Shown: positions 50,501 through 61,184, counted from the stretch's first letter. The stretch is DNA of 64,000 nt from Cyanobacteria bacterium P01_D01_bin.156 (GCA_039024555.1 JBCCQQ010000023.1:16094-80093); one strand, 5' to 3'. Program-made: numbers and translations. The notes: generated by a model not told the origin, from the sequence alone.

Positions 50501-51664
50501 ATGTTGATCGATAACTCATTGGAGAAAGAAGCCAAGGATTCATTACGTATTTTAGTCATATCCGTTAGGGGGTTTCGTTCTCAAATTGCAAATTGCAGTA
50601 TTTATGAATTTGAAGATGTACTGTGTGAGCTTGAAGGAGCGCGGCTGTATGCTCCGAACCATGAGTTTGAAATCCCCAGAAGGGTTTACCGCCTAGCAAA
50701 ATATGCAACCGGTTCCGACCACATTGCTAGGACGATTGCTCCTTTTCCGGCTGAGGTCTTGCTAGAAGAAGACTATGATTTGCTGTTGGCCGTGTTGGAT
50801 AATCCATGGCAAATCCACTTGATGGAAGCTATTAAAAATTGGCAAGACCGATGTCGGTATACAGCCTGTTTTATTCAAGAAACATGGAAACCTAGCTTTG
50901 ATGACTGGCGTTTGGCCTACGAACCATTTAAAAACTTTGATCACATTTTCAGTGGAACCGCACATTGCGTTGAAACCTTAGCCAATGCGGCAGGAGTCCC
51001 TTGTGAGTATCTGCCTCCAGGAGTGGATACCCTTAAGTTTTGTCCCTATCCTAATCCTGTTGAGCGCAATATCGATGTGTGTTGCGTAGGACGTCGTTTA
51101 CCTCAGGCACATCAATCGTTATTTGCAAAATCTCAACAGGATCATAGCTTTTTCTACTATTTCGACACCATTAAAAGTAAGAGTTTAGAAGTTGATAATG
51201 CACGCGAACATCGAACAAAGTTAGTGAGTTTGCTGCAACGCAGCCGCTACAATATTACTGCCCCGGCCAAATTTAATTCTTTAAAAGAGACAGGGGGCGC
51301 ACAGGAAATAGGAACACGCTTTTTTGAAGGGACCGCTGCAGGAACAGTTTTGATTGGGATGCCGCCCAGAGGAGATTTATTCCCTCGCTGTTTTGATTGG
51401 GAAGATGCAGTGATAAAGGTGGATGTGAATCAACATGATGTTGTAGATGTGATTCACGAACTCAATACCCATCCGGATTGGATCGAGAACATTAGCCGTA
51501 ACAATATTGTAAATTCATTGCGAAAGCATGATTGGAGCTATCGCTGGCGGCGTATCTTAGCTCCATTTGATTTGCAGCCTAGTTCAGCAGTCATTAGACG
51601 AGAGCAGTATTTACGTGATTTAGCCTGCACTATAGAGTCGGTCGATATGCCTGTAGCGTGCTAG
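50501..51664 (+). CDS. Glycosyltransferase (CgeB / Glyco_trans_1_2-like)
   Basis: PGVDTL.F.PYP, DVCCVGRR, RFFEG.AAG, HDW.YRW. Confidence 0.8.
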   Translation: MLIDNSLEKEAKDSLRILVISVRGFRSQIANCSIYEFEDVLCELEGARLYAPNHEFEIPRRVYRLAKYATGSDHIARTIAPFPAEVLLEEDYDLLLAVLDNPWQIHLMEAIKNWQDRCRYTACFIQETWKPSFDDWRLAYEPFKNFDHIFSGTAHCVETLANAAGVPCEYLPPGVDTLKFCPYPNPVERNIDVCCVGRRLPQAHQSLFAKSQQDHSFFYYFDTIKSKSLEVDNAREHRTKLVSLLQRSRYNITAPAKFNSLKETGGAQEIGTRFFEGTAAGTVLIGMPPRGDLFPRCFDWEDAVIKVDVNQHDVVDVIHELNTHPDWIENISRNNIVNSLRKHDWSYRWRRILAPFDLQPSSAVIRREQYLRDLACTIESVDMPVAC

Positions 51665-52439
51665 AGATAGAAATACTGGTTACGGCACCTGTCATCAAAG
51701 TGTGGCTTAGTCCCACAAATCTGTAAAAGCTTTGTGGCGCAAATAGCGAAATATTCTCTGAAACTTCACAATCGGTCTCTAACCCTGAAGCTGTTGATGA
51801 TTTCAGGGGATAGACGTTTCCCTTGTTTACCAGTGGAACTTGGAGCCTAACATCCTGATAAGAAACCGCAACACCGCTCTGAACCCTAAGTGTAGCGATA
51901 TCATGAGCAAAGCCTAACACTACCTGAGGAGACCGTTGTCTCTATTAGTGTGTAGGTTTCCTAAACCCAATATTCGTCAAATCACACACGAATGACGGCA
52001 GGAACATAGATGGAGAAAATAACGTTTATTATGCAGGGACTGTTATAAAGATGGCGTTGCTGCCCCTTGGGATGATGTTGAGCTGTTAAACCCAGGTAAC
52101 TGGAAAATTCTACAGATCGTTTCACCCTCTAAATCAGCAACAGCACAAAGGTCACCAGCACCTTCTTGGCCAGGGTGTTGTAACCACGGAAAGGGGGTAC
52201 ATCAAAAGAATATAACTGTATTTTTAAAACTAGAGGACTGTAGGAGAAAATAGTAATTGAATTGATCATCATTTTTTCTCTTTATTCTGCATCTATCTAT
52301 GGCTTTCAAGACTGAAAAATTCTTCCACACTAGATCTGTATTTTTCAGCCAGCCCTATTTAAGGGAAATACATGTGGCCTAGGTATATCCTCAAACCTTG
52401 TAAATTATTGCCACGTAAACCTTGGTAGCGCTGAAAGCT

Positions 52440-53603
52440 ATGTTGATGACTACCCCATTAAATCAAGATAAAAACAGCACATCTCGCATTTTAGTAGTTT
52501 CTGTACGGGACTTTCGCTATCAGGTAGCTAATTGTATTCTCTATGAGTTTGAGGATCTGATCTGCGATTTAGAAAAGGCTAAACTCTATACTCCTAAGCA
52601 GGAATATGATTTCGCTAGAAAGATCTATCGGTTTGCTAAATATGCAACTGGTTCTAACACGATTGCCAGTGCTGCCGCACCTTTTCCATCAGAGGTAGTG
52701 TTACAACAGGAATATGATTTACTGTTTGTTGTCTGTGATAATCCTTGGCAATTACATATATTAGAAACTGTTAAAAATTGGCGTGAAAAATGCCATCATA
52801 AAGCTTGCTACATCATGGAGACATGGAAGCTAAACTTTGATGACTGGCGTTTAGCCTACGAACCATTTAAGAACTTTGACTATATCTTTGCAGGCACACA
52901 TCACTGTGTTGAAACCTACTCTGATGTGACTGGGCTACCTGCAAAATACCTACCGCCAGCCATTGATGCTCTAAAGTTCTGTCCCTATCCCAACCCACCT
53001 GAGAGAACGATTGATGTCTGTTGTGTCGGGCGGCGTCATGCTGAAACCCACAACTCTATATTTAGTCACTCTCAGCGAGAAGAGAATTTTTTCTATTATT
53101 ACGACACTGTTAATAATCGGAATCTAGAAGTTGGTAAACCTCGGGAACATCGCGCTAAACTGGTGAATCTCTTACAGAGAAGTCGTTATAATATCGCTGC
53201 GAATGCTCGATTTGATGCCCTAAATGAAACAGGAGGGTATCAAGAGATTGGTAGTCGTTATTTTGAAGCTGTAGCAGCTGGTACTATATTGCTTGGTATG
53301 TCACCTGCAGGTGATGTATTCCCACAATATTTCGACTGGGAAGATGCCATTATTAAGGTAGATCTTTTTGAAGAAGATGCTTTGAAAATTATTCAGGAGT
53401 TAGACGAACAGCCTGAAAGACTTGAAAGTATTCGCCGTCGAAATGTTTTGAATGCGTTACTCAAGCATGATTGGGTCTACCGTTGGCGAGAGGTTTTAAA
53501 TGCTTTTGATTTAGCCCCCAGCCCGGCTGTTATTGAACGAGAAAAGCACTTACAGACACTGGCTAAGAGTATTAAAGCTATGGATATGCCTTTAGTACAT
53601 TAA
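52440..53603 (+). CDS. Glycosyltransferase, paralog of 50501-51664
   Basis: Same motifs; shared blocks such as FDDWRLAYEPFKNFD and LLQRSRYNI. Confidence 0.8.
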   Translation: MLMTTPLNQDKNSTSRILVVSVRDFRYQVANCILYEFEDLICDLEKAKLYTPKQEYDFARKIYRFAKYATGSNTIASAAAPFPSEVVLQQEYDLLFVVCDNPWQLHILETVKNWREKCHHKACYIMETWKLNFDDWRLAYEPFKNFDYIFAGTHHCVETYSDVTGLPAKYLPPAIDALKFCPYPNPPERTIDVCCVGRRHAETHNSIFSHSQREENFFYYYDTVNNRNLEVGKPREHRAKLVNLLQRSRYNIAANARFDALNETGGYQEIGSRYFEAVAAGTILLGMSPAGDVFPQYFDWEDAIIKVDLFEEDALKIIQELDEQPERLESIRRRNVLNALLKHDWVYRWREVLNAFDLAPSPAVIEREKHLQTLAKSIKAMDMPLVH

Positions 53604-53675
53604 CAGTTCAGTACCCGGTAATTTCTAAGTGTGTATTACATGATGATGGTTTTGTTGGTAGTTGATTAAAAGCCA

Positions 53676-54713
53676 ATGGTCAGAACAGTCGAGTTTAGCA
53701 ATGGTGATCAAATGCCCATGCTGGGGTTTGGGACATGGATATCGACGCCTAGAAATAGGGTTGATACTGTTAAGCGTGCGATCGCAGCCGGGTGTCGTTT
53801 TCTCGGACTTAAAACCCAGACCATTGCCCCTGGTGATGTATACGGTGCCGTTAAGGATGCGATCGCAGCCGGCTATCGACACATTGACTGCGCCCACATC
53901 TACGGCAACGAAGTAAAGATTGGTCGTGCCCTGGCTGACTCCTTTGCCGAAGGGGTAGTCACCCGAGACCAAATGTGGATTACCTCCAAGCTATGGAATG
54001 ATGCCCACGCTCCGGGAGACGTACAGCCTGCCCTAGAAGAGACCCTAGCAAATCTGCAGCTAGACTATCTAGACTTATATCTGATGCACTGGCCCATAGC
54101 CATGAAAAAAGGAAGCTCAGGTTCTCTAACATCAGACCAGCTCATACCCTTAAATGAGCTACCGCTTTTAACCACCTGGCAGGCCATGGAATCTCTGATA
54201 GATAAAGGCTTGTGCCGTCACATCGGAGTTTCTAACTTTAGTATTCCTAAACTGCAAAACCTGCTGGACCACGCTCGGCTACAGCCAGAACTCAATCAAA
54301 TTGAGCTGCATCCCTATCTGCAACAATCAGCAATGATGGATTTTTGTACAGCCAACAACATTCAACTGACAGGCTACTCGCCCCTGGGCTCATCGGATCG
54401 TCCCGATAGTCTCAAATCAGCAAATGAGCCCATCCTGCTGGAAGAGCCGACCATTGCCACTATTGCTCAGAGCCATGGAGCAACGTCTGCCCAGGTTTTA
54501 CTCAGCTGGGCTATGCATAGAGGCACGGCAGTTATTCCCAAGTCCTTTAATCCCAAACGTCTTCGCCAGAATTTAGCAGCCGTTGATGTTGCGCTCTCTG
54601 CAGAAGATATGAACACCATTCAGACCTTGGATTTGAATCGCCGCTATGTAGATGGTGCATTTTGGCAGGTACCAGAAGGCCCCTACACAGTAGAAGGCAT
54701 CTGGGATTCATAA
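53676..54713 (+). CDS. Aldo/keto reductase with a 27-aa N-terminal internal duplication
   Basis: MPMLGFGTW, GYRHIDCAHIY, ITSKLW, DLYLMHWP, IGVSNF, NQIELHPY, IPKS. Confidence 0.93.
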   Translation: MVRTVEFSNGDQMPMLGFGTWISTPRNRVDTVKRAIAAGCRFLGLKTQTIAPGDVYGAVKDAIAAGYRHIDCAHIYGNEVKIGRALADSFAEGVVTRDQMWITSKLWNDAHAPGDVQPALEETLANLQLDYLDLYLMHWPIAMKKGSSGSLTSDQLIPLNELPLLTTWQAMESLIDKGLCRHIGVSNFSIPKLQNLLDHARLQPELNQIELHPYLQQSAMMDFCTANNIQLTGYSPLGSSDRPDSLKSANEPILLEEPTIATIAQSHGATSAQVLLSWAMHRGTAVIPKSFNPKRLRQNLAAVDVALSAEDMNTIQTLDLNRRYVDGAFWQVPEGPYTVEGIWDS

Positions 54714-54743
54714 GGGGCAGCATGCCCCGGTAAGACACTAGGA

Positions 54744-55403
54744 CTAAAGCAAAAGCGCTTTGCGGCAGTAAAAAGCCTCTGCATATTTATCCGGGGCGTT
54801 AGACTCAATGCCTCGCAACCTCAGAATTGATGAAAATGTTTCTTCATCAAACCATTGTTTATTGAACTGGGTTTGAAAGTGTTGCATGAGATGGGTGATT
54901 TTTTGCTGATATATAGATGGATTTAGATGCACAAAGAAGTTAGGCTGCCCTAAGTCTCCATCGTATTTTGGAATTTCATATTCTAAAATCATGTGGTTAC
55001 GAAACGCATTTAATGTCAATTCCGCCACTAATCGATGGTCCTGATGCAGGTCATTGCGATAGTGGGTCAACACTAAATCAGGAGATACCTCCTTGCTGAG
55101 TCGATCAAAAAATTCTTTGATTTCGATGGCAATGTATGGGAAAAATCGTTCTCTAAACTCGTGAATAACAATTTTTCTATTATCAACATCCTTTAGAAAA
55201 CTGTTAGCACTCTCCAGTGCCTCCTTTTTCCTAGTTCCAGTTGCAGAAAAAACAACCCAATACACTTCAAGATCGGGAAACTGGTCAATCAGCTTTAGAA
55301 TCGTTCCCCCACAGCCAATCTCAATGTCATCACTGTGAGCGCCAAGACAAAGGATGCGGCGCAATGAGTTTGGTTGCAGAGGATTAGAGAATAGTTTATA
55401 CAT
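54744..55403 (-). CDS. PIG-L family deacetylase
   Basis: GAHSDDIEIGCGG, R..EA, DLHQDH. Confidence 0.9.
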   Translation of the reverse strand: MYKLFSNPLQPNSLRRILCLGAHSDDIEIGCGGTILKLIDQFPDLEVYWVVFSATGTRKKEALESANSFLKDVDNRKIVIHEFRERFFPYIAIEIKEFFDRLSKEVSPDLVLTHYRNDLHQDHRLVAELTLNAFRNHMILEYEIPKYDGDLGQPNFFVHLNPSIYQQKITHLMQHFQTQFNKQWFDEETFSSILRLRGIESNAPDKYAEAFYCRKALLL

Positions 55404-55473
55404 CGCTCGTCTTTGAAACGTTAGATTGCTAGTCTAGTGACGTGCATCTATCGTTGCATGTGCCGAATGATGA

Positions 55474-56340
55474 TTATCGAGCGGTTAGTGTATTGCTAGA
55501 TTGCTGAGCACTCATATACTGTTGAGGAGATGACTGCATAGCATAGTGCGACATTTCTGCGCTTGAGTCCCATAGGGTCCAGGGAGTATCACCTTTGGCA
55601 TACATTTCATCAAACAACATTTTTTCTTTCAAGGTATCCATACAGGCCCAAAAGCCAGGGTTTCTATAGGCAATTAGCTGTTTTTGTTGAATTAAACGCT
55701 GAAAAGGTTCGAGCACCAGCTCTTCACCTGGATAAAGATGGTCGAATATTTCCTGTTTAAGCGCAAAGAAACCGCCATTGATCCATAGGTCTGAATGCCT
55801 TACGGACTGAATATTTTCCACCAGACCATCTTCTTTATCCAAAGACACCACATGGAATGACTGTGAGGGCTGTACCGCTAAGAAGCTCGCAATTTTGTCT
55901 TGTTTTTGAAAATTATCCAGATATAAATTGAGATCGAGATCGCTTAAACCATCGGCATAGTTGGCAAGGAAGACATCTTCTCCCTCTAAATAGGGCTTTA
56001 CAGCAGCAAGCCGCTGTCCGATGTTTACACTAAGGCCAGTGTCAACAAATGTAATTTTCCAGTCTTCAATGTCGGTGGTATGTAGCTCAACATGTTTACC
56101 CCCCTTCGATAGGGTGAAGTTGTTTGACAGACACTCATTGTAGTTGAGGAAATAGTTCTTGATATAGTCCCCTTTGTAGCCAAGACATAGGATAAATTCT
56201 TTATGGCCAAAGTGGGCATAGTAGCGCATCAAATGCCAAATAATCGGTCGATACCCAATCTCAACCATGGGTTTGGGAATTGTCTCAGAATGCTCTCGTA
56301 GCCGTGTACCTAAACCACCACAGAATAGAACAACTTTCAT
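55474..56340 (-). CDS. rfbF: Glucose-1-phosphate cytidylyltransferase family
   Basis: GGLGTRL..PKPMV, CLGYKG, VDTG, WINGGFF, GFWACMDT. Confidence 0.88.
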   Translation of the reverse strand: MKVVLFCGGLGTRLREHSETIPKPMVEIGYRPIIWHLMRYYAHFGHKEFILCLGYKGDYIKNYFLNYNECLSNNFTLSKGGKHVELHTTDIEDWKITFVDTGLSVNIGQRLAAVKPYLEGEDVFLANYADGLSDLDLNLYLDNFQKQDKIASFLAVQPSQSFHVVSLDKEDGLVENIQSVRHSDLWINGGFFALKQEIFDHLYPGEELVLEPFQRLIQQKQLIAYRNPGFWACMDTLKEKMLFDEMYAKGDTPWTLWDSSAEMSHYAMQSSPQQYMSAQQSSNTLTAR

Positions 56341-56432
56341 AAACCTTTTCTCCTTCTCTTGTTTTTATAGAAAATATTCTGATGCCGCATTTGTAGGAAA
56401 TGTAATATTTAACCTGGAGGTATCACTATTCC

Positions 56433-57779
56433 CTAGAATGCCAGAAGACTTTTGGGACTCTCTGAACTCGAACAAACTTTTAGTAACCCACTGTTAGACA
56501 GATTCAAAGCCGCATTTTTGATAGTTGCAAAGCTCAAATTAGCTCGTTCGGCAATGTCTAGTAGGGTATGGTCTCCATCAGAAAGATTTAAAGCCCACAG
56601 CATCGCCATGCGCTCGTCGGGGGTTGTCTGTTTACCTCCCATGGTGCTGTAAAGACCACGTTTACCTAACTGTGGCTCACATTTAGGATTAGTATTCAAA
56701 TATGTGTGGTTGTTTTCTAAAACATCAATAACATGTAAATACGTTTCCAACGAATTCACTAAGGCAGCGGGTTGCACAAACTCTAAATTATCCGCAGAGG
56801 TGTGATATTCAGGATAGGTCCCAAATTGACTCCTCGTCAGACTGCCCACAGGTAAATTAAATCCAGGGGAACAGAATTGTCTTTCGTCATATCCATAGGG
56901 TGAAAAATTAGAAATTGTATACTCCTGGGAAGAGGTTTTGAGAATATGGGACACAACCCTATCGATTTCAGCATTCCCACGACGACTTTTCTTATAGGCT
57001 AAATGCCCAGCGTCACCCACATTAGAAACTGTTAAACCATGCTTGATAGACGACACTCGATGCTCATTGAGACTTAACCAAGTGATCGACCCAATGGTCC
57101 CCGGCATAAATAAGCAGCGGTAGGAATAGCGTAAAGGCTGTTGGCTAAGATAGTTCGCTAGAAATGTGACCAGCGCTAGGCCTGATAAATTATCGTTACA
57201 CAGCGATGGATGGCAGCTATGGCAACACAACAGGACTTCATCGGTCGTGTGTCCCGGCACCAGCAGTTCGCCATAGGTAAGAGACCCTGGCTCTAGAGAA
57301 GAGTCAATGTAGACTTCGTATTCATCCTCTGGCAAGGATTTTAGGACGCTATCTGCCAGGCAAAACCCCCATGTTTCTTTATAGTAAGAAGTCCGATAGG
57401 GTACCCAATCTGGGCGATCTGGCATTGAAAAAAGATGTTCTTTCAACTGGGAAAGAGGCATCTTTTTATGAATTGGAACACTGTAGTTCAGGATATGTAA
57501 GTTTGATTTTTGAAAATCAATTACTTTCTTGCCCGTTGAATCCTTAACGTAGGCATCACGAATATTCCACTCCTTAGGAACGACCCAATCAAAAACAGGG
57601 GTACCTGAGGGTACTTCATGGATTTTGAGAGGAATGTGTTTTTGGATAACCTGGAGCGTTTTTCTAACACCATCACCCGTGATGCTACGACAAATGGGAT
57701 ATAACTCAACCATCAGGTTATACATCGCTCTCCCTAGGGAGTTTAGATCGACCGATGATGAATCAAACGTCATATTCAT
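56433..57779 (-). CDS. DUF4910 / M28-aminopeptidase-like polysaccharide biosynthesis protein
   Basis: ICRSITGDGVR, DW.VPKEWNI, PYRTSYY, CHPSLCNDNLSG, GYDERQFCSPG, YHTSADN, EPQLGKRGLY. Confidence 0.85.
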   Translation of the reverse strand: MNMTFDSSSVDLNSLGRAMYNLMVELYPICRSITGDGVRKTLQVIQKHIPLKIHEVPSGTPVFDWVVPKEWNIRDAYVKDSTGKKVIDFQKSNLHILNYSVPIHKKMPLSQLKEHLFSMPDRPDWVPYRTSYYKETWGFCLADSVLKSLPEDEYEVYIDSSLEPGSLTYGELLVPGHTTDEVLLCCHSCHPSLCNDNLSGLALVTFLANYLSQQPLRYSYRCLFMPGTIGSITWLSLNEHRVSSIKHGLTVSNVGDAGHLAYKKSRRGNAEIDRVVSHILKTSSQEYTISNFSPYGYDERQFCSPGFNLPVGSLTRSQFGTYPEYHTSADNLEFVQPAALVNSLETYLHVIDVLENNHTYLNTNPKCEPQLGKRGLYSTMGGKQTTPDERMAMLWALNLSDGDHTLLDIAERANLSFATIKNAALNLSNSGLLKVCSSSESPKSLLAF

Positions 57780-57871
57780 AACCCTGGAACACTACAGATA
57801 TCGGTATTAGACCGAATAAGATTCAAAGGACATACTGCAGTGGTTGATGAATAAACCACCGCAGCTTGTAT

Positions 57872-58429
57872 TTAGAAAATTGCTAGAGATGAGAAATCCT
57901 CAGGCTTAAACTTTTCGTATGCCAGATCTTTAGCAGCAATCAGACTAATAGGCTGTGGCCATTGAATATCAAACGCACTATCGTTCCAGCAAATACCCTG
58001 CGCATAGTCTGGGGCATGGGCTTCAGTGATTTGATAGAACACTTCAGTGCCATCTTCTAAACTCTGGAACCCATGGGCAAATCCTTTGGGGACATAAAGG
58101 GTTCTGCGGTTTTCAGGGGTTAATTCAGCTGAAGTCCACTGCAGGTAGGTGTCAGAGGATGGCCGCAAGTCAATGATGATATCGTGTATTGCACCTTTGA
58201 TACAGGTCACCAGTTTTGTTTCGGTAAAAGGAGGCAGTTGCATATGCATGCCACGCACAGTCCCTTTCTGATTATTGAAGGAAATACTGCACTGCAATAC
58301 GTTGGCATCTAATCCTTTTGCTAAAAACTCTTCTTTACACCAAGTTCTGGCAAAGAAACCGCGCTCATCCTCGAATTTTTCAGGTTCTATAATGTAGGCC
58401 CCTTTTAGCCTAGTGGGAGTAAACTTCAT
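57872..58429 (-). CDS. NDP-4-keto-6-deoxyhexose 3,5-epimerase (RfbC family)
   Basis: DERGFFAR, GTVRGMH, VPKGFAHGFQ. Confidence 0.9.
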   Translation of the reverse strand: MKFTPTRLKGAYIIEPEKFEDERGFFARTWCKEEFLAKGLDANVLQCSISFNNQKGTVRGMHMQLPPFTETKLVTCIKGAIHDIIIDLRPSSDTYLQWTSAELTPENRRTLYVPKGFAHGFQSLEDGTEVFYQITEAHAPDYAQGICWNDSAFDIQWPQPISLIAAKDLAYEKFKPEDFSSLAIF

Positions 58430-58430
58430 G

Positions 58431-59711
58431 TTAGGGATAGACCTTCACTTCAGGAATCGGCACAACAAATTTTCCACCCCATTCACGAATGACACTCATT
58501 TGTTCCATGATTTCATCCTTAACATTCCAAGGCAAAATCAAGACATAATCGGGTTTTGTCTCTTTAATTTTGTCTGGATGATAAATAGGAATATGGGTGC
58601 CTGGTAAAAATTTTCCGTGTTTATAGGGGTTTCTATCCACCGTGTAGTCAAGAAAATCCGTGCGGACACCACAATAATTAAGCAGTGTATTTCCTTTGCC
58701 AGGTGCCCCATAACCAACAATGGTTTTACCCTCTCGCTTGGTCTTGATTAAAAAGTCTAAAAGCTTGCGTTTGGTCTCTCGCACCTGTTCAGCAAAGTGG
58801 GTGTAACAGTCTAAGGTTCTCAGGCCTTTGGCTGTTTCACGCTGACGCAGGTCGATTACCCGCTCACCTACGGGTTTAGACAAGTCATCGATATGTCGTG
58901 CATAAATACGCAGCGAACCACCGTGGGTCGGCAGTTCCTCTACATCAAAGATGGTCATGCCATGGGCGGCAAAGATGAGCTCAAGGGTGGTGAGGGTGTG
59001 ATAGAAAAAATGCTCATGGTAGATGGTATCGAATTGGTTCGACTCCATCAGCCGCATTAGATGTTGAATTTCCCCGGTAAAGACGCCTTCGGGCTTGAGT
59101 AAAATTTTGATGCCAGCAACAAAGTCATTCAAGTCTGGCACGTGGGCCAACACATTGTTGGCAGCAATTAAGTCCCCTTGCTTACCCTGCTGCACTAGCT
59201 TTTTGGCACATTCCTGTCCAAAGAATTCGTTAAGGGTGGGAACCCCTTTCTCCATAGCGACCTTGGCAATATTGGTGGCAGGCTCAATACCTAAAGCTGG
59301 AATTTGTTTTTCTATAAAGTACTGCAGTAGATAGCCATCATTACTGGCTAGCTCAACAACATGACTTTCTTCATTTAGGTTAAACCGTTCAATCACTTGG
59401 TCAGCATAGGCCTTACACTGCGCTAACCAAGTGTCACTGTAGGAGGAAAAGTAGGCATATTCAGTAAAAATATGCTCTGGGCTGACGTATGCCTCAAGCT
59501 GTACTAGAAAACAGTCACTACAGACACGCACGTGGAGAGGGTAGAACGGTTCCATTTGGTTCACCCTGTCAACGCTCAATATGCTTTCACACAAGGGTGA
59601 CATACCCAAATCAACAAACGTGTGTTCTAACGGTGCTTTACAAAAGAGGCACTGGGGACTGTGCTCAGAGGCTGTAGCGGTAGCTCGGGTCATTTCAGCT
59701 TGTTGCGTCAT
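58431..59711 (-). CDS. NDP-hexose C-methyltransferase
   Basis: Zn CxxC...CxxC, ASNDGYLL, NNVLAHVPD, FDTIYHEH, THGGSLR, YGAPGKGNT. Confidence 0.9.
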   Translation of the reverse strand: MTQQAEMTRATATASEHSPQCLFCKAPLEHTFVDLGMSPLCESILSVDRVNQMEPFYPLHVRVCSDCFLVQLEAYVSPEHIFTEYAYFSSYSDTWLAQCKAYADQVIERFNLNEESHVVELASNDGYLLQYFIEKQIPALGIEPATNIAKVAMEKGVPTLNEFFGQECAKKLVQQGKQGDLIAANNVLAHVPDLNDFVAGIKILLKPEGVFTGEIQHLMRLMESNQFDTIYHEHFFYHTLTTLELIFAAHGMTIFDVEELPTHGGSLRIYARHIDDLSKPVGERVIDLRQRETAKGLRTLDCYTHFAEQVRETKRKLLDFLIKTKREGKTIVGYGAPGKGNTLLNYCGVRTDFLDYTVDRNPYKHGKFLPGTHIPIYHPDKIKETKPDYVLILPWNVKDEIMEQMSVIREWGGKFVVPIPEVKVYP

Positions 59712-59782
59712 GGTTTAATTGCTAAATATAGGGTCAATGAAGTAATAACGAGAGAAAAACTGAACGGTTAAAGGTGATTTAT

Positions 59783-60844
59783 CTAGGTCAATTTTTCAAT
59801 GGCCGCTTCGGTAACTTTTCTCATATCAGCCCCAGCTTGATAGGCTTTTGTCCATGTGATGATTTGTTCTAACCCTTGTTCTAAAGAAATTTGAGGTTGC
59901 CAACCTAGCTTTAGTCTGGCTTTTGAGCAGTCTAAGCTGAGGGCATTAGCCTCATGGGGATGGTAGGCTTGGTCCTGTTCCCATGAGGCACCCTCGCCCC
60001 ACAGAGAGAGGAGTTTGTCTACTAGCCAACCGACGGGTTGCACATCAGAAACATAGGGACCAAAGTTCCAGGCTTCAGTATATGCAGGTCCTTTGTGGTA
60101 AAGGTTTTCTGCCAGTGTTAGGTAGCCATTGACGGCGTCCAATACATGTTGCCATGGGCGAGTTGCGTCGGGGTTCCGAATCAGCACGGGGCGCTGCTCT
60201 AAAAGCGCTTGAACAATGTCGGCTACTAGACCATTTTGGGTCCAATCTCCTCCAGCAATGACATTGCCTGCTCGGGCCGTTGCGATCGCAACTCCATGGT
60301 TGGCATAATCACTGGCATTAAAGAAAGAATCTCGGTATGCCTGGGTGACCAGCTCAGCACAGGCTTTACTACTGCTATAAGGATCGTAGCCGCCTAATGG
60401 GTCCACTTCGCGATAGCCCCAGATCCACTCGCGGTTCTCGTAGCACTTATCTGAGGTGATGTTGACCATAGCCCGCACGCTGTCTACACGACGAATGGCT
60501 TCTAACAGGTTCACTGTACCCATTACATTCGTCTGATATGTGGATACAGGGTCTATATAGGATGTGTGCACAACAGACTGTGCTGCCATGTGAATAACAA
60601 TTTCTGGCTTAAAGTCTGCAACAACCTGGTGCAGGGTGTCGGCGTTACAAATATCATCGATGATTGATGTCATGCCGTTGGCGACATTGGCCACTTCAAA
60701 CAGGTTGGGGTTGGTGGGGGGCTCAAGGGCATAGCCCACTAGCTCGGCACCAGCTAGCTGCATCCACAGAGAGAGCCAGCTACCTTTGAAGCCCGTATGC
60801 CCTGTGAGTAGTAATCGCTTGCCTCTCCAAAAATTGGGATTCAT
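59783..60844 (-). CDS. rfbG: CDP-glucose 4,6-dehydratase
   Basis: TGHTGFKGSWL, HMAAQ, TSDKCY, DPYSSSK, RAGNVI.GGDW, RPWQHV. Confidence 0.95.
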   Translation of the reverse strand: MNPNFWRGKRLLLTGHTGFKGSWLSLWMQLAGAELVGYALEPPTNPNLFEVANVANGMTSIIDDICNADTLHQVVADFKPEIVIHMAAQSVVHTSYIDPVSTYQTNVMGTVNLLEAIRRVDSVRAMVNITSDKCYENREWIWGYREVDPLGGYDPYSSSKACAELVTQAYRDSFFNASDYANHGVAIATARAGNVIAGGDWTQNGLVADIVQALLEQRPVLIRNPDATRPWQHVLDAVNGYLTLAENLYHKGPAYTEAWNFGPYVSDVQPVGWLVDKLLSLWGEGASWEQDQAYHPHEANALSLDCSKARLKLGWQPQISLEQGLEQIITWTKAYQAGADMRKVTEAAIEKLT

Positions 60845-61184
60845 TACACCTCTGAACTTGAATTACTTACAGCAGCTTTGCTTTCTAAGAATCCATTGGA
60901 GATATTCCGAGAAATTGCTGGGTATTTACACGTAGCGACGCCAGTGTTTCGACTTTAGTTTCCGTTGATTTTACTGAGAAGGGCACCGTAGTCAGTTACT
61001 TGAGGCTATGGATACGTCATGGGTTAGTCAACGTGGTAGAGGAAACTGCGAGCTCATTCAGAGTTCACCAGCGATGCGATGGAATAGCCAAGTGCACACA
61101 AAATTAATTTGAGTTGCAGTCTCTACTAAAACAGATAAATCTTGTTATCACCCAAACAACAACTGCTTTAGAAGTTAAAACTTG

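Noticed and set aside
51630..51920. 96-aa minus-strand ORF between the GT paralogs
   Set aside because: No RBS or recognisable motif, and it overlaps the end of the upstream GT; unsupported.
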